Positions 50,765 through 64,000 of a stretch of 64,000 nucleotides of DNA are shown in pieces. Source of the stretch: Octopus vulgaris (lineage: Eukaryota); contig OX597824.1 of the NCBI GenBank assembly GCA_951406725.2, positions 46,686,001 to 46,750,000 on the forward strand. Direction: 5' to 3'. Position 1 is the first letter of the stretch. The number at the start of each line of letters is the position of its first letter. The position numbers and the translations under genes were made by a program. The notes under the pieces are model-generated. The model worked only from the letters and a program-made list of their open reading frames with translations. It did no database searches and was not told the DNA's origin.

Positions 50765-52028
50765 GAGGTGGTATCAGAAAAAAGTTTCCGGATTAATTCT
50801 GTAGTGCACCAACAGATGGCAGCATACAGTTGCATGCATAGTAAGAGTTAGAAGTGACCTTCATGAAGCAGTATGCTGAGTGACATCGCTGTGTTTACTT
50901 CACAAGTTGCTAAATTTGTGTTTTTGTGATCACATGTATACTGTAGTCTGCAATTTTGTCATGGACAAGTAGAAAGTGCCAATGTGAAATTTTGCATTAA
51001 ACTTGAGAAGTCTGCTACAGAGACTTTGAGCATGTTTCAACAAGCTTACAACAATGAGGTAATGGGTCGTATGCAATGTTTCAAGTGGCAAGAGCACTTC
51101 AAAAGTGGAACAACATCCTGGAAAACAATGAGCAATCTTGAAGACCTGCCACAAGTGTCATCCTTGAAAATGTGGTATTGTGCATCAAAAATTCATCCCC
51201 CAGGACCAGATTGTCAATCAAGAGTTCTACTACAATATTTTGAAGTGTTTGAGAGCTGACATTCAGCAAAAGCGACCAGATTTATAGGCATAGGAGTGGC
51301 TGTGTAGTAAGTAGCTTGCTTACCGACCACATGGTTCTGGGTTTAGTCCCACTGCGTGGCACCTTGGGCAAGTGTCTTCTACTATAGCCTCAGGCTGACC
51401 AAAGCCTAGTGAGTGGAATTGGTAGACAGAAACTGAAAGAAGCCCGTCGTATATATATATATATATATGTATGTATGTGTGTATATATATGTTTGTGTGT
51501 CTGTGTTTGTCCCCCCAACATCGCTTGACAACCAATGGTGGTGTGTTTACGTCCCCGTAACTTAGCGGTTTGGCAAAAGAGACCAATAGAATAAGTACTA
51601 GGCTTACAAAGAATAAGTCCTGGGGTCGATTTGCTCAACTAAAGGAGGTACTCCAGCATGGCCACAGTCAAATGACTGGAACAAGTAAAAGAGATCTGTG
51701 GAGCACAAAGAATTGAATTCTTCATGATGACAATGCACCCTGTCATCAAGCTCTCCTTGCTCATGAGTTTCTTGCTAAACAACATGGTATCACTTCCTTC
51801 CATCTCTACCCTATGATGGAAATGCAACTCAAAGGTCACTGTTTTAACATTGTTGTCAAGATTCAGAGCAAACCACAGAAGGTCCTCAACTTGTTTAAAG
51901 AAAATAACTTTCAGGCTAGATTCCTTGCTGCACAATGGGTACTATTTCAAAGGAGATGATGTTAAAACTTAGAATAAGTTGTTTCTCATTAAACATAACT
52001 AGTCTGGAAACCTTTTAATACCACTTCG
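50764..52028 (+). mobile_element. Deleted mariner element interrupted by SINE A (51284-51693)
   Basis: TIRs TA-cgaggtggtatc / ataccacttcg-TA; KFCIKLEKSATETLSM..QAY; QKRPD|LW..ILHDDNAPCH joined across the SINE. Confidence 0.82.
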
Positions 52029-52044
52029 TAATAATAATAATAAC

Positions 52045-52098
<54 letters not shown>

Positions 52099-52764
52099 CT
52101 TTTCTACTCTAGGCATAAGGCCTGAAATTTTTGGGGAGGGACCAGTCAATTAGATCGACCCCTGTATGCAACTGGTACTTAATTTACCGACCCTGAAAAG
52201 ATGAAAAGCAGAGTCGACCTGTGATCGTGGTCTTCTATTGAAAATTCTGACATCTCAAGACAAATGAAAAGCGAATTTAACTGTTTTATCTTTTCTGTGT
52301 TTTTAAATGACAAAAATAATACAACACCCTAGCCTAGTGATTAATATGTGGAACTCACAATTGGAAGATCATGGTTTTGAATCTTTGACCGGACAAAGAC
52401 AGATGAAAGTATCTCGCCCAGTGTGCTGACGTTTCTGCCAGCTCACTGCCTAATAATAATATGTATATCCAGCAATCTATCTATGTGTGTCTGTGCATAT
52501 GTGTGTGTGTGTGTTTGCGTGTGGATGTGTGTCCATCTGTCTGTCCGTCCATCCATCCATCCAGTTCTATATATAGTAGGTATAGTATAGTATAGTACAG
52601 TATAGTATATTGTAATTTAAACTGCCAAACAATTAGAACTCCATGTACATCCTTATACATCAATAGAGAATATCACAAAGAGAATTCATGTATAATAGCT
52701 CAAATTTCCTTTCACTAGTTACCACAGTGACAAAGGTCATGGAACAAACAAAATTCTTACTCAC

Positions 52765-52889
52765 TACATTGTGTGGAACTGGTGATCTTTTTGGTGATGT
52801 CTCAATTTTGTCAAAGAATGCGTGTGACAACTTGATAGTGAGTTTTAAAACTGAGTTACACTCTATATATTTTGGCGTGGATAACAGAC
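52765..52889 (-). CDS. CFAP92: CFAP92-like exon 5 (LLSTPKYIECNSVLKLTIKLSHAF...)
   Basis: Acceptor tgtctttcag, donor gtgagt; 125 nt, phase 1-0; Y.E.NS.LKL motif. Confidence 0.82.
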
Positions 52890-53010
52890 CTGAAAGACAG
52901 AAATAGAACAAGGTATTCTAGTAGTGGTGGTAGTGCTAGTGGTGCTGGTAGTGAATGTAGTACCTACTCAAGGGGTTGGGGTTGTGCTGGTAATTGTGAT
53001 GGTGATTGCA

Positions 53011-53051
<41 letters not shown>

Positions 53052-53144
53052 ATAGTAGTAGTAGCAGCAGTCGTAGTAGTAGTAGTAGAAGTAGAAGTAG
53101 TAGTAGTAGTAGTAGTGGTGGTGGTGGTGGTGGTGGTGGTGGTG

Positions 53145-53196
<52 letters not shown>

Positions 53197-53203
53197 CAGT
53201 AGT

Positions 53204-53293
<90 letters not shown>

Positions 53294-53392
53294 GGTGGTG
53301 GTGGTGGTGGTGGTGGTGGTGGTGGTGGTGGTAGTAGCAGCAGCAGCAGCAGCAGCAGCAGTAGCAGTAGTAGTAGTAGTAGTAGTAGTAGT

Positions 53393-53424
<32 letters not shown>

Positions 53425-53427
53425 TAG
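53011..53427. repeat. Compound (GTA)n/(GTG)n/(GCA)n trinucleotide array
   Basis: About 415 bp of in-register trinucleotide repeats, intronic; followed by a ~120-bp mariner scrap (53428-53547). Confidence 0.95.
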
Positions 53428-53794
53428 TCTTGCTAAACAACATGGTATCGCTTCCACACCCACTCTATTTGCCAGATTTAGCACCAGCAGACTTCCATCT
53501 CTACTCTAAGATGAAAATGTAACCCAAAGGTCACCGTTTTAACACTGACGGTAGTGGTGTAAATGACAATGATGATGACTGGCTTTGACAAGGAGAGCGA
53601 TTATTATGATGATAATAATGATAATAATGATGAGGAAGCAGAGGAGGGGTGGCGGTCAATAATGATGATAAATTAATGTGCATTGCTGCACCAGTAAATA
53701 ATGCAATAAAACTAGAACAAACTAATAGCAGAAATAAAAGAAGCCAAAAAAAAAAAACTATGAAGGAAAAAGTATGTGGATACTGGATAGTTAC

Positions 53795-53965
53795 TTAATG
53801 AGTCATTAGAATCTATTGTGTTGTCACTGGAGAAAATCTCAGATCTATGGTGAAGAATTGGTAGTTCTCGATAGATGTACTTTTTCCCTTGCATCAGTTC
53901 AAACAGGTTGAGCTTGCAAATACCATATATATTAGAGATTTTTGCAGATGGTTGTCCCTTTTTAT
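53795..53965 (-). CDS. CFAP92: CFAP92-like exon 4 (KKGQPSAKISNIYGICKLNLFELMQGKKYIYRELPI...)
   Basis: Acceptor accatctag, donor gtaact; 171 nt, phase 1-1; YG..K..L..L..G.KY....LPI motif. Confidence 0.8.
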
Positions 53966-55303
53966 CTAGATGGTTTGTAAAATAAAAATCTGTTTGATAG
54001 TTATAATACATAAAAAAGTTAGTGATTTTATCTGAAGGTGCATGTTGAAAGTGAAGTAGTTACATTGTAGAAGAATGTTTTTTTAGACATTTAATACTGA
54101 TCAAAAAGAAAGTCACGTTCACTTTTGATTTATTTCTTGAAAAGTCAAAAATTTTGTCACTCAAAAATCACTTGGTCATTGACAGTTCCAGTGTAACTGT
54201 GATCGTGGTCTTCTATTGAAAATTCTGACATCTCAAGACAATTGAAAAGTGAATTTAACTGTTTTATCTTTTCTGTGTTTTTAAATGGCAAAAATAATAC
54301 AACACCCTGACCTAGTGATTAATACGTGGAACTCACAATTGCAAGATCATGGCGTTGATTCTTTAACCAGACAGTGTGTTGTGTTCTTGAGCAAAACACT
54401 CCATTTCATACTGTTTTGTGATCACTTCAACATTTGATGTGGCACACCGTGCACCAATACAAGCTGTGTCAATTTGATTTAGGGTGTGAGCTTACATACT
54501 GCACAAACATTTGATCACAATAAACAAATCACTTGAGCAGGAGGTTCAACAAGAAATTGCAGAATCATCTTTCTTGGACTTGAGAGATTACCAAGAAGAA
54601 AAAGAAATAATTAAATTGACTCTTCCTTGATGTAACTTCCATAAAAATAAGTAAAAGTTCAGAGGAACAAATGTTATGTTGTGTTATTTATACATTTCCA
54701 AAAGTTATTAAGTGAAATAAAATGTTTACAAAACCAAGCTGGGGTATAGAGTTTAATAAGAGTTTACCTCTGTTTTGCAGATCTTGTAACACCCAAGATA
54801 ATATTTTACAATGCTGTGAGAAATATATGAGGGATTTTGATACAGGAGTTAAATTTTCAGACTATTTCAAATCCTACATAGTCAAGCTTTATTTTGTTGG
54901 GAGTCATATTACATATTTGCAGCATTAATTTGCGGCCAAATGCTTGAAACTGAAGAAATAGTGTCAATAAATTTCAGTAGAATACAATAATATGCTAGTT
55001 AAGTTAATGAATATCTATCTAAGTCAAGAGAGAAAAATTAAGGCCTATACGATAGAAACATCGACATTCCTAACTTCAACATTTCTTTACACCAGCCAAT
55101 AAAGTAGCCTCTATGTGGTCATTCAACACTTGTAATAGCCAAATTTTTCTTAAATCATATACTAGCTTGAAAAATAAGGATACATTAGCAGTTTTGATAT
55201 TCCTAAAAAAGTAAATGGCTACAGTTGAAATGTTTTTTGATCACCAGCCTGCTAGATCAGGATTTACTTGACCTAAGCAACAACAGCACTGCTTGATAAA
55301 ATA

Positions 55304-57628
55304 CAAGGTACATTCCAGAAGTTTTCAGACTTTTTCAGCAAACACATTTATTAATTTCAAAGAAGTAACTCTAATCTCCTTCAAACTAGGAAGATCCGAC
55401 TTCAATGCACTTATTGTAGTGCTCAAACTTCTTCATGAAGGCTCCATGGAAGTCTTCCAAAATGAAGGTGTCCAGGACCCTTGTCACAGCCACCTTCATT
55501 TTTTCATTCATCTTGGGGAACAAACAAAAATCACAAGGAGCAAAGATGGCTACCTACAGTACAAACTTTGCTCCCTGAACTGGAAACATCCAAATTAGTC
55601 TTGTGGAATCTGCTTCATGGTGATGTAAGAAGAGTAAAACATCGTTACACTTACATCAACAAATTGATTGCAGACACTGACCTGGAATGTATCCGAGACA
55701 TTAAAGCAATGATGATGGACCGAGAAGTGTTTCAAGTGGACTTTGCTGGGGCAACTTTGGTTGGAACCCAACCATAGTAATAATCCTTTCTACTGGAAGC
55801 ACAAGGCCTTAAATTTGGGGGAAGGGATTAAGTCGATTACATCAATCCCAGTGTGTAACTGGTACTATCGACCCCTGTCTGACCAGAGGGAATCCAATGA
55901 ATGTAAATGATGCCCTTGCTATCAAAACCAGGAATCATCATGAGTACCCTGGCGAACTTGCTTTGCTTGGCCTCTTCTGCCAGTGAAAACCAGATGCTTG
56001 GTTCATACAAGTTAATCTATAAGCAGTCTGGAATGTTTCATAAGTTTCTGTAGTACCATAAATCCTTGAGTATAATCCGCATTTTTTCCCCAAAACTTAA
56101 AGGTCAAAATCCCTATTGCGTACTATATAAGAGGTTAAAAATGAAAATTATTTTCTAAGCAATGTCCGAGTCTCTATTTGCTGTCCGGCAATGTTTATTC
56201 AGATGCATTTTGTGAAAATACCTTAAGCTAAGCCTGAAAGCAATGAAGTCATAAAAGAATCATCCATAACTTGCAGTAAGCAACATTTATTAAACGTTAT
56301 TACTGTTATTTCTTTATTTTCTGCAAACAAAATGCACAAAAACATATAACATTATGTTATATATATAATAATAAAGGACGTTACTGTATACATTTTTACA
56401 AACCAAGGACATTATATAGACCTCCTTAGCTCAAGTTAGAGAAGGGGTGCGTATTATACACAAGGTTTAGGTTTCTCAGAGGTACAGCTCCCTAAAAATC
56501 CCCTGTGTATTATACTCAAGGGCAGACTATACTTGAGGATTTACGGTATTTTTGCCCAATTTAACATAAAGCTTTGTTGCATAGTGAGACTTTAAGTTGT
56601 CTTCATATCCCAACCGTATTCTAGAAGCTACTCAGCTGTGACAAGCAGTGTTTAGCAGGACAAGTGGAGGCACAATGGCCCAGTGGTTAGGGCAGCAGAA
56701 TCACAGTCATAGGATCACAGTTTTGATTCCCAGATCGGGCATCATGAGTGTTTATTGAGCGAAAACAACTAAAGCTCCACGAAGCTCCAGCAGGGTGTGG
56801 TGGTGAACCAAAAAGAAAGGTGGCGAGCTGGCAGAAATGTTAGCACGCTGGGCGAAATGCTTAGTAGTATTTCGTCTGCCGTTACATTCTGAGTTCAAAT
56901 TCCACCAAAGTCGACTTTGCCTTTCATTCTTTCAGGGTCGATAAATTAAGTACGAGTTATGCACTGGAGTTGATGTAATCGACTTAATCCCTTTGTCTGT
57001 CCTTGTTTGTCCCCTCTACGTTTAGCCCTTTGTGGGCAATAAAGAATTAAGGATGTGTCCAAATTGCTGCTACAGCTGGATCCTTCAATCTAGAATAACA
57101 AAAGTTGGTAGGTCAACTTATGTGATGTATAGTACTAAAATTACAATAATTTAAGAGTAGGCATAGGAGTGGCTGTGAGGTAAGTAGCTTGCTTACCAAC
57201 CACATGGTTCTGGGTTCAGTCCCACTGCGTGGCACCTTGGGCAAGTGTCTTTTACTATAGCCTTGGGCCGACCAAAGCCTTGTGAGTGGAATTGGTAGAT
57301 GGAAACTGAAAGAAGTCGATCATATATATGTATATATATGTGTGTGTGTGTATGTTTGTGTGTCTGTGTTTGTCCCTCAACATCGCTTGACAACCGATGC
57401 TGGTGTGTTTACATCCCCATAACTTAGCGGTTCGGCAAAAGAGACCAATAGAATAAGTACTAGACTTACAAAGAATAAGTCCTGGGGTTGATTTGCTCAA
57501 CTAAAGGCAGTGCTCCACCATGGCCACAGTCAAATGACTGAAACAAGTAAAAGAGTAAAGGGTAAAAAAGTAAGACTGTTGTAATGGACTTTCCTGAAAA
57601 AGTCTCAAACCTTCTGGAATGTACCTCA
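55304..57628. mobile_element. Mariner-derived element (TIR pair) stuffed with nested MITE and SINE insertions
   Basis: TA-caaggtacattccagaag ... cttctggaatgtacctca-TA inverted termini. Confidence 0.7.
56056..56546. mobile_element. pogo/Tigger-like MITE
   Basis: TA-ccataaatccttgagtata ... tatacttgaggatttacgg-TA inverted termini with subterminal repeats. Confidence 0.72.
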
Positions 57629-57873
57629 TACATTCTAGAAATTCTAGTTTAGATAACATTTAAAGAATGGAGAAAGAATATCATCTTTTCCATATGTTCT
57701 GATGATAGCTTGAGAAAAATATTTGGATCACTACTGACTATGTACCACAAGCAAATATTTTTTCCATTTTTTATCAAATTTCTTTAAAATAATAACATAT
57801 ACTTAAAAAGATATACATCATGTAACTTGCATGTGTGTGTGAGAGAGAGCGAGAGAGTTAGTAAGAAACTTAC

Positions 57874-58035
57874 TTTTTATATAACTAATGTTACTGAATT
57901 TATCATCATTACGCTCAGTTCCAAAGAGTGAATTTCGTTTTTCTTTTGGCACACCATATCTGTCACGGTCATGTACTTCGATCAGTAAACTTGGTCCTTG
58001 AAGGTACTGTTTCAATTCAGTTTTGTCTAACATAC
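57874..58035 (-). CDS. CFAP92: CFAP92-like exon 3 (GMLDKTELKQYLQGPSLLIEVHDRDR...LFGTERNDDKFSNI)
   Basis: Acceptor ttcccacag, donor gtaagt; 162 nt, phase 1-1; L.EYL.GP...EVHDRDR signature as recalled for CFAP92/KIAA1257. Confidence 0.9.
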
Positions 58036-58703
58036 CTGTGGGAAGTTTGATTAAATCAAACGCATTAATCTTCATAAACAACATTGCCCTACTAAATATT
58101 TAATACTAGTAATAAATAGTAATAGTAAAAGTCTGTCTTTACATTCTGAGTTCAAATTCTACTGAGGATGACATTGCCTTTCATCCTTTCGGGATTGATT
58201 AAGTAAGTACCAGTTACACACTGGGGTCGATGTAATCGACTTAATCCCTTTCCCCAAATCTGAGGCCTTGATTTTTTTTTTCCTGGTGGAAACCATAGTA
58301 TTACAATTAATGTAGAGATATTTTACTGCTAATTTCAGAATCTTTAATGCAGAACCTGTGGTTAAATTTTTTTATAGTTGCCTGAATCTGAATATAAATT
58401 TTAGCAATGAAATGAAATGTTGTTCACCATTGAACACATCCTCACAGATTTTCACAAAGACCCATCATGTACACCTCAACCATCACATTTAAACAACCCT
58501 GACTCCTACCCACTCAGCAAACCATTATCTAACAGAAAATTCCGTGGTCCCAGATCACACTGATGCAGAGCATATCAAAGGTATTGAACCTGCTGATTAT
58601 CCTCCATATAACTGTCTCATGTTCTTTATGCCATAGGTGCATATATGCAGTTGTAGACCAGATGGGACTAGAGATGACTCAAGAAAAAAATATTTGCACA
58701 TAC

Positions 58704-58816
58704 CTGTCAATATTACATTCACATCATTAAAATATATGCTTTTTTGTTGTGATTTGGCAGGGGTTCTGTATGGAGGATACTTCATGAATTCATATTTTAC
58801 ATAAACTGGTTGACAC
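58704..58816 (-). CDS. CFAP92: CFAP92-like exon 2 (CQPVYVKYEF...IYFNDVNVILTG)
   Basis: Acceptor tctacttcag, donor gtatgt; 113 nt, phase 2-1; C.PVY.KY.F and F.DVNVI motifs. Confidence 0.9.
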
Positions 58817-59445
58817 CTGAAGTAGATAAAAATAGGATATTGATACAGAGACACTTTAACAATGGATAAACCGTAATAATCATTTGATACTTTTTCAGGA
58901 AAATTATAATGAGCTTCTCATTATAGTTTTCCAAATATCTGAAACTTTTCTTCATGCAAGGGGGTAATTCGAAAAATAAGCACTCAAAGACTGTTTTATG
59001 TGATGTTTTGAGCATCTCTTTTGATATTCAATAATTTATTCATCGTCGTCGTCGTCATCATCAACCTCTAACGTCTGTTTTCCATGCTGGCATGGGTTGG
59101 ACTTACAAAGATTATTTCCCCAAATCTTTTGTCCATTCAAGTCTTTCATTTCTTTTAAGATATTTAAGGCAGTTATGTATGGACTTTTGGTTTTCTATCA
59201 GATTTGTTATGATTACTCTTTACTCTTTTACTTGTTTCAGTCATCTCACTGTGGCCATGCTGTAGCACCTCCTTTAGCCAAGCAAATCGACCCCAGGACT
59301 TATTCTTTGTAAGCCTAGTACTCATTCTATCAATCTCTTTTGCCGAACCGCTAAGTTACGGGGATGTAAACACACCAGCATCGGTTGTCAAGTGATGTTG
59401 GGGTGACAAACACAGACACATACACACACACACACACACACACAT

Positions 59446-59482
<37 letters not shown>

Positions 59483-59851
59483 TACACACATATACATATA
59501 TACGACGGGCTTCTTTCAGTTTCCTTCTACCAAATCCACTCACAAGGCTTTGGTCTGCCGAAGTCTATAGTAGAAGACACTTGCCCAAGGTGCCACACAG
59601 TGGGACTGAACCTGGAACTATGTGGTTGGTAACCAAGCTACTTCCCACACAGCCACTCCTACGCCTATGTCTCAATTTCTTACCTGTGCTATTTTTGATT
59701 TTAAATATGACCTTGACAATATGAGTAAAGTACTCAAAATTATTCGACGTCTTATTTAATGCACCATTAAGTACAAGAAGTGCCACATTTTAAAAATATT
59801 CATTATGAAACTCTTTAACATATCTTCAGCTTTTCGTGCACACACATGCAT

Positions 59852-59886
<35 letters not shown>

Positions 59887-60297
59887 CACGCACATTATTT
59901 ATTAGGCAGGAACAACACAAAATGGAATTAATGAGCACAGCTATTCAGATGCTTGTAAAAATTGATAAATATAAAAACCACAAAAACATTGAATATTTTT
60001 CAGTTAAATGTTAAATTTTTTTATACATAACTTGACAAAAAAAAACAAACACTAATGTGTGTGTGTGTAGACAGATACACAAGACACACACATGCATATA
60101 CACACACACATAAACACATACACACACATACAGAGCTGTTCAAGTACTCAGATTCTAAACTATGGAGTTATACTGAAACATAATTAAATATTACCTTCTA
60201 AAATCTTGTATACTTTGAAAGAAAAACAGCAAATTTAAAAAAGAATTAAAAGTTCCAAAAGATGTTTAGAACCAGGAAATATCAATGTATATCTTAC

Positions 60298-60499
60298 TTC
60301 TCCTTCAGTTGTTCATAAGTTACTCCTTCTGAAGAGTCTTTACCTGGCATATCATTCACCGAGTGAATACATATAACCATAGGATTAAACACCTGTTTCT
60401 GCTCAGCGGAGAGTAAATTTTCTGATAAGTTAATGCTGACCACCATATCAATAAGTCCCACAGGTGTGTTTGATAAGTGCTTGATAATACATAAAGTAT
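60298..60499 (-). CDS. CFAP92: CFAP92-like exon 1 of those seen (...LLSAEQKQVFNPMVICIHSVNDMP...TYEQLKE)
   Basis: Acceptor ttattatttag, donor gtaaga; 202 nt, phase 1-2; internal exon, so the gene start lies further upstream. Confidence 0.85.
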
Positions 60500-62586
60500 C
60501 TAAATAATAAAAAAAAAATTAAGATCAACATTTAAAAAATATAACAAATACAAAACTTGTCTAATACATTTTCTCCCCTGTTTTGCTTTTTGCTTTGAAT
60601 AAGATGGTTCTCTCTTAGCTAGAGTAAGTTTTTTCAAATAACCACTCAACCATGAAGTAAGAATAAATGTGTGTGTGGTGGGGTAGCTCTATGCTGTTGC
60701 TTGATTTGATGAAACAGCAACCAAATCTTTCTCAAATCACAATCTACTTTCTTAAAGAAAAGAAGTAACACATTGTAAAATGTAGTCCTTGATAGCTAGA
60801 AGTACTAACTAGCACTCCATCAGTTATGATGATGAATGTTGATCCAATTAATGGAGCAGTCTGCTTGTGAAATTAACATGCAAGTGGCTGAACACTCCAC
60901 AGACACACATACCCTTATAGTTCTCAGGAAAACTTCAGTGTGAAACAGAATGTGACAAAGTCGGCCCTTTGAAATACAGGTACTACTTATTTTTGCAAGC
61001 TGAGTAGACTGCAACAACATGAAATAAAGTGTCTTGCTCAAGGTCATAATGCATTGCCAGGTATTGAACTCATGACCTTATATTCACAAACCAAATACCC
61101 TAACTATTAAGCCATGTGCCTGGTACTACTTCTGAGAGAAAAAGAGGTGATGGTCACAGACAGAATGACTTTGATCATAGGCTTACTAGATCAGATTTAA
61201 GTTGAGGCCTAACAACAATGACAGCAATAGGGAAGTAAGAACGGAAGTGTGGTGAATCAAGTAAACTGGAACAGAAAATTAATATTCCATATTCAAGAAG
61301 AAAATTCAACAGTTGTAGCAGAATACACATTGACATTGATAACCTGGTATGTAGCATATGTAACATGAACCAAAGCAGCTACTCCAGTACTCAGATTTAG
61401 GGGTTCCTAAACTATCTGTTGTGACCTCAGAAATACTGCAAATGGTTTGGGGTTTTTTTTCTGGTTTTGCTTGTCGATAGAATTTCAGAATTATTTATGT
61501 TTGCATGGCAAACCTGAAACCTCAGAAGAGATTACAAAAGGCAGTACCAATTGGCACTACATGGTACTACATGACACTAGAGAAGACCTGGCTACCCACT
61601 ACAATATGTACTCTAACTCAAGCATTCAGAGGCAGCAATATTTGTATTCTGCCAGGCCTTCATTTGCTTTTCCTCATCTTACATTCTTGACTTATGTACT
61701 TCCTATCTACCCATTGCTTAACCAGCTTCTCTTCCATCTCTATCACTCATAACCCTCCATCTCTCATTTCCCCACCTAAGCTGATCATACCCTCCTCATC
61801 ACTCTATCTACCAGTCCTTCAGTAAACCTATATACAGGAGACTGCGTTAGGTCACTGTCATTCCTATCCTGTTGCACTGACTTCATCATGCTATGCAGCC
61901 AGCCAGCACACTCTTTCCTTTGAATTACTACAATTGCCACCCATCACCTACTCTCACCTTTAACTCATTATCCATATCTATCTCACTTCTGCTACTGCCA
62001 ATCACTCCTACCGACTCTTTCATATTGTGACCTTTATCTCATCACTCACCTCTACCTTTGATTACCTTTGCCATTACAACCACATACCTCTCTCACCAAC
62101 CAACTCTGTATATCCCTGCTTTCTTTGCATTATACTCTATTCCCTTCAACTTACCCACCTATTTTGGTCCTTCTATTGTCATTGCACCTTCTTTCTCTCC
62201 AATTCCCCATCTCAGTTATCTGTGCAAATCTACATGCTCTAATTTATTAAGTACTCTTTATTATTAATACCTTTACTCAACTATCCACACCTTTCAAATG
62301 CATATTTCTGCCTTTTCTGTAAACATTGTTCTCTCTCCAAAATTTATATTTACTGTGTACAGGGCACCCACTCCACTACATCTTCTGTTTACCCTGTAAA
62401 AGTAGTCGACTAAATGAATTGAGAAAATGTAAGGTTATTCAATTACTTTAATGTTGACACCACAACCCGCCAATGGGTGGAGGCTTGGACTGTAATGACC
62501 CATCCAATCCATATCGTCATACAGAGCAGAATAAAAATTATGATAAATAATTGTGTGTATATATGTGTGTGTGTATGTGTGTATAC

Positions 62587-62636
<50 letters not shown>

Positions 62637-63044
62637 ACATCATCATCATCATCGTCATTTAATGTCCATTGTCCATGCTGGCATCAGTTGGATGGTTTGA
62701 CCAGGGCTGGCAAGCTGGAAGGCTGCACCAAACTCCAGTCTGATTTGGCATGGTTTCTATAGCTGGATGCCCTTCCTAATGCCAACCGCTCTGTGAGTGT
62801 AATGAGTGCTTTTACTCACCACTGGTATGGGTGCTATTTGCATGACACCGGTATCTGTCACAACTGCGATTTTGCTCAGCTTGATGGGTCTTCTTCTCAA
62901 GTACAACATAATGCCAAATGTCTCAGTTATTGCCTCCAAGAGGCCCAACACTCAAAAAGAACTCAACCACTTTGCCTCGGTGAGGCCCAACACTTGGAAG
63001 GGAACTTTCTTCCGTGAGGCCCAAGGCTCGAAAGGAACTCGTCT

Positions 63045-64000
63045 CCATGTGGCCCATAACTTCAGGAAGCCTGACTTCCACCTTATAACCTATCAGTCAG
63101 GAGACTCTGCTAGCCAAATAGACTTCATCCTCACCAGACAGCGGGATGCAGGGTCGCTCTTAAATACAAAGACCCTCCCGGGTGAAGAATGTATCCCTCA
63201 GCATAGGCTAATCATCAGTGACTTTAAGCTTGAGGCCAGAAGGACTCCAAGAAACAAACCAATCCAGGAAAGAAGGATTTGGAAGCTAAAGAACCCTTCA
63301 CATGGTCAGAGATTTAGGGACATCCTCATCAAGAAATTTGATGAGAGGGAGGAGGAGCTTCAGACGACGGACATAGAAGGTAGCTGGGAATTCCTACGGG
63401 ACAGCTTGCTGAGTGCCACAGACCAAGTCTGTGGATGGTGCAAAGTCCCTTCCAGACCTAGAGTTACGTGGTGGTGGAATAGTGCAGTAGATAAAGCCAT
63501 TAGTGCAAAGAGACAGGCCTGGAAAGCCTGGAGGGATGGGGGTAGCAGGGAACTGTACCAGGTAGCCAAAAGGGAGGCTGGGCGGCAGGTATACATAGCC
63601 AAAGATGTAGCAGAAAAGAAGAAGTTTGCCAATGTCCAGTGACGTGAGGACCAAAGAGCTGAGGTATTTCGGATTGCCAGACAGTGTGTGAGAGAAAATA
63701 GTGATGTTACAGGAGAGAAATGTGTCCGCATGGATGATGGGGCACTTGCTCTTAATGTTGGTGAAAAGAAAGAGGCTTGGAGAAGCCATTATGAAAGACT
63801 GCTGAATGAGGAGAATGAATGGGAGGAGGAGAGCCTGCCAAATGTTGACCCAGTAGAGGGACCAGCTCTCCGAATAGACAGCTCCCTTGTAGTTAAGGCA
63901 ATTAAAGATATGAAACCAGGTAAAGCCCCCGGCCCATCAGAAATCACTGCTGAGATGCTTAAAACTGCTGGCTATGTGGGCTATGGCCTAGTCACCCGCA
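63045..64000 (+). mobile_element. RTE-clade LINE internal segment (APE C-terminus to RT start), running off the window
   Basis: NFRKP..HLITYQSG...SQIDFIL, QHRLII, TWWWN..V..AI..KR, MKPGKAPGPS.ITAEMLK; stop at 63640. Confidence 0.85.

Noticed and set aside
52872-53522. Poly-V/L/P/T/S ORFs of 159-216 aa
   Set aside because: Trinucleotide array plus a mariner scrap inside an intron.
54768-54949. AG..GT bounded segment resembling an exon
   Set aside because: Stops in all three minus-strand frames; exons 57874 and 53965 join directly in phase 1.
62640-63060. Twin-priming inversion of the terminal RTE
   Set aside because: The inverted part is a 3' tail rather than a 5' segment; two separate insertions explain it more simply, and the start of the 278-aa ORF is a chimeric artefact.

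Overview
AT-rich, microsatellite-dense animal genomic DNA. The SINE/LINE families and (TA)/(CA)/(TATG)/(TAA) arrays point to an octopus or related coleoid; this is an inference. One host gene crosses the window on the minus strand: a CFAP92/KIAA1257-like ciliary protein. I rebuilt 13 phase-compatible GT-AG exons (60499 down to 12760) plus a candidate terminal exon (6962-7022); its 5' end is probably outside the window. The rest is mostly transposon debris: two CR1/L2-type LINEs (one near full length, one nested with a 7-bp TSD in an old RTE), RTE fragments, an R4/Dong-type RT-RLE element in (TAA)n, a Penelope GIY-YIG remnant, Tc1/mariner/pogo elements and MITEs, and many tRNA-derived SINEs. 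The most notable signal is in the two CR1-type LINEs. In each, ORF2 overlaps ORF1 in the -1 frame, has no AUG before the endonuclease domain, and has an in-phase slippery heptamer (U UUU UUA; G GGU UUA). This suggests programmed -1 ribosomal frameshifting. Also seen: locally templated insertions into SINEs, intronic foldbacks, a degenerate minimal hammerhead and a CpG-content boundary near 17 kb. Most short ORFs in the track are microsatellite or SINE artefacts. All homology calls are from recalled motifs, not database searches.
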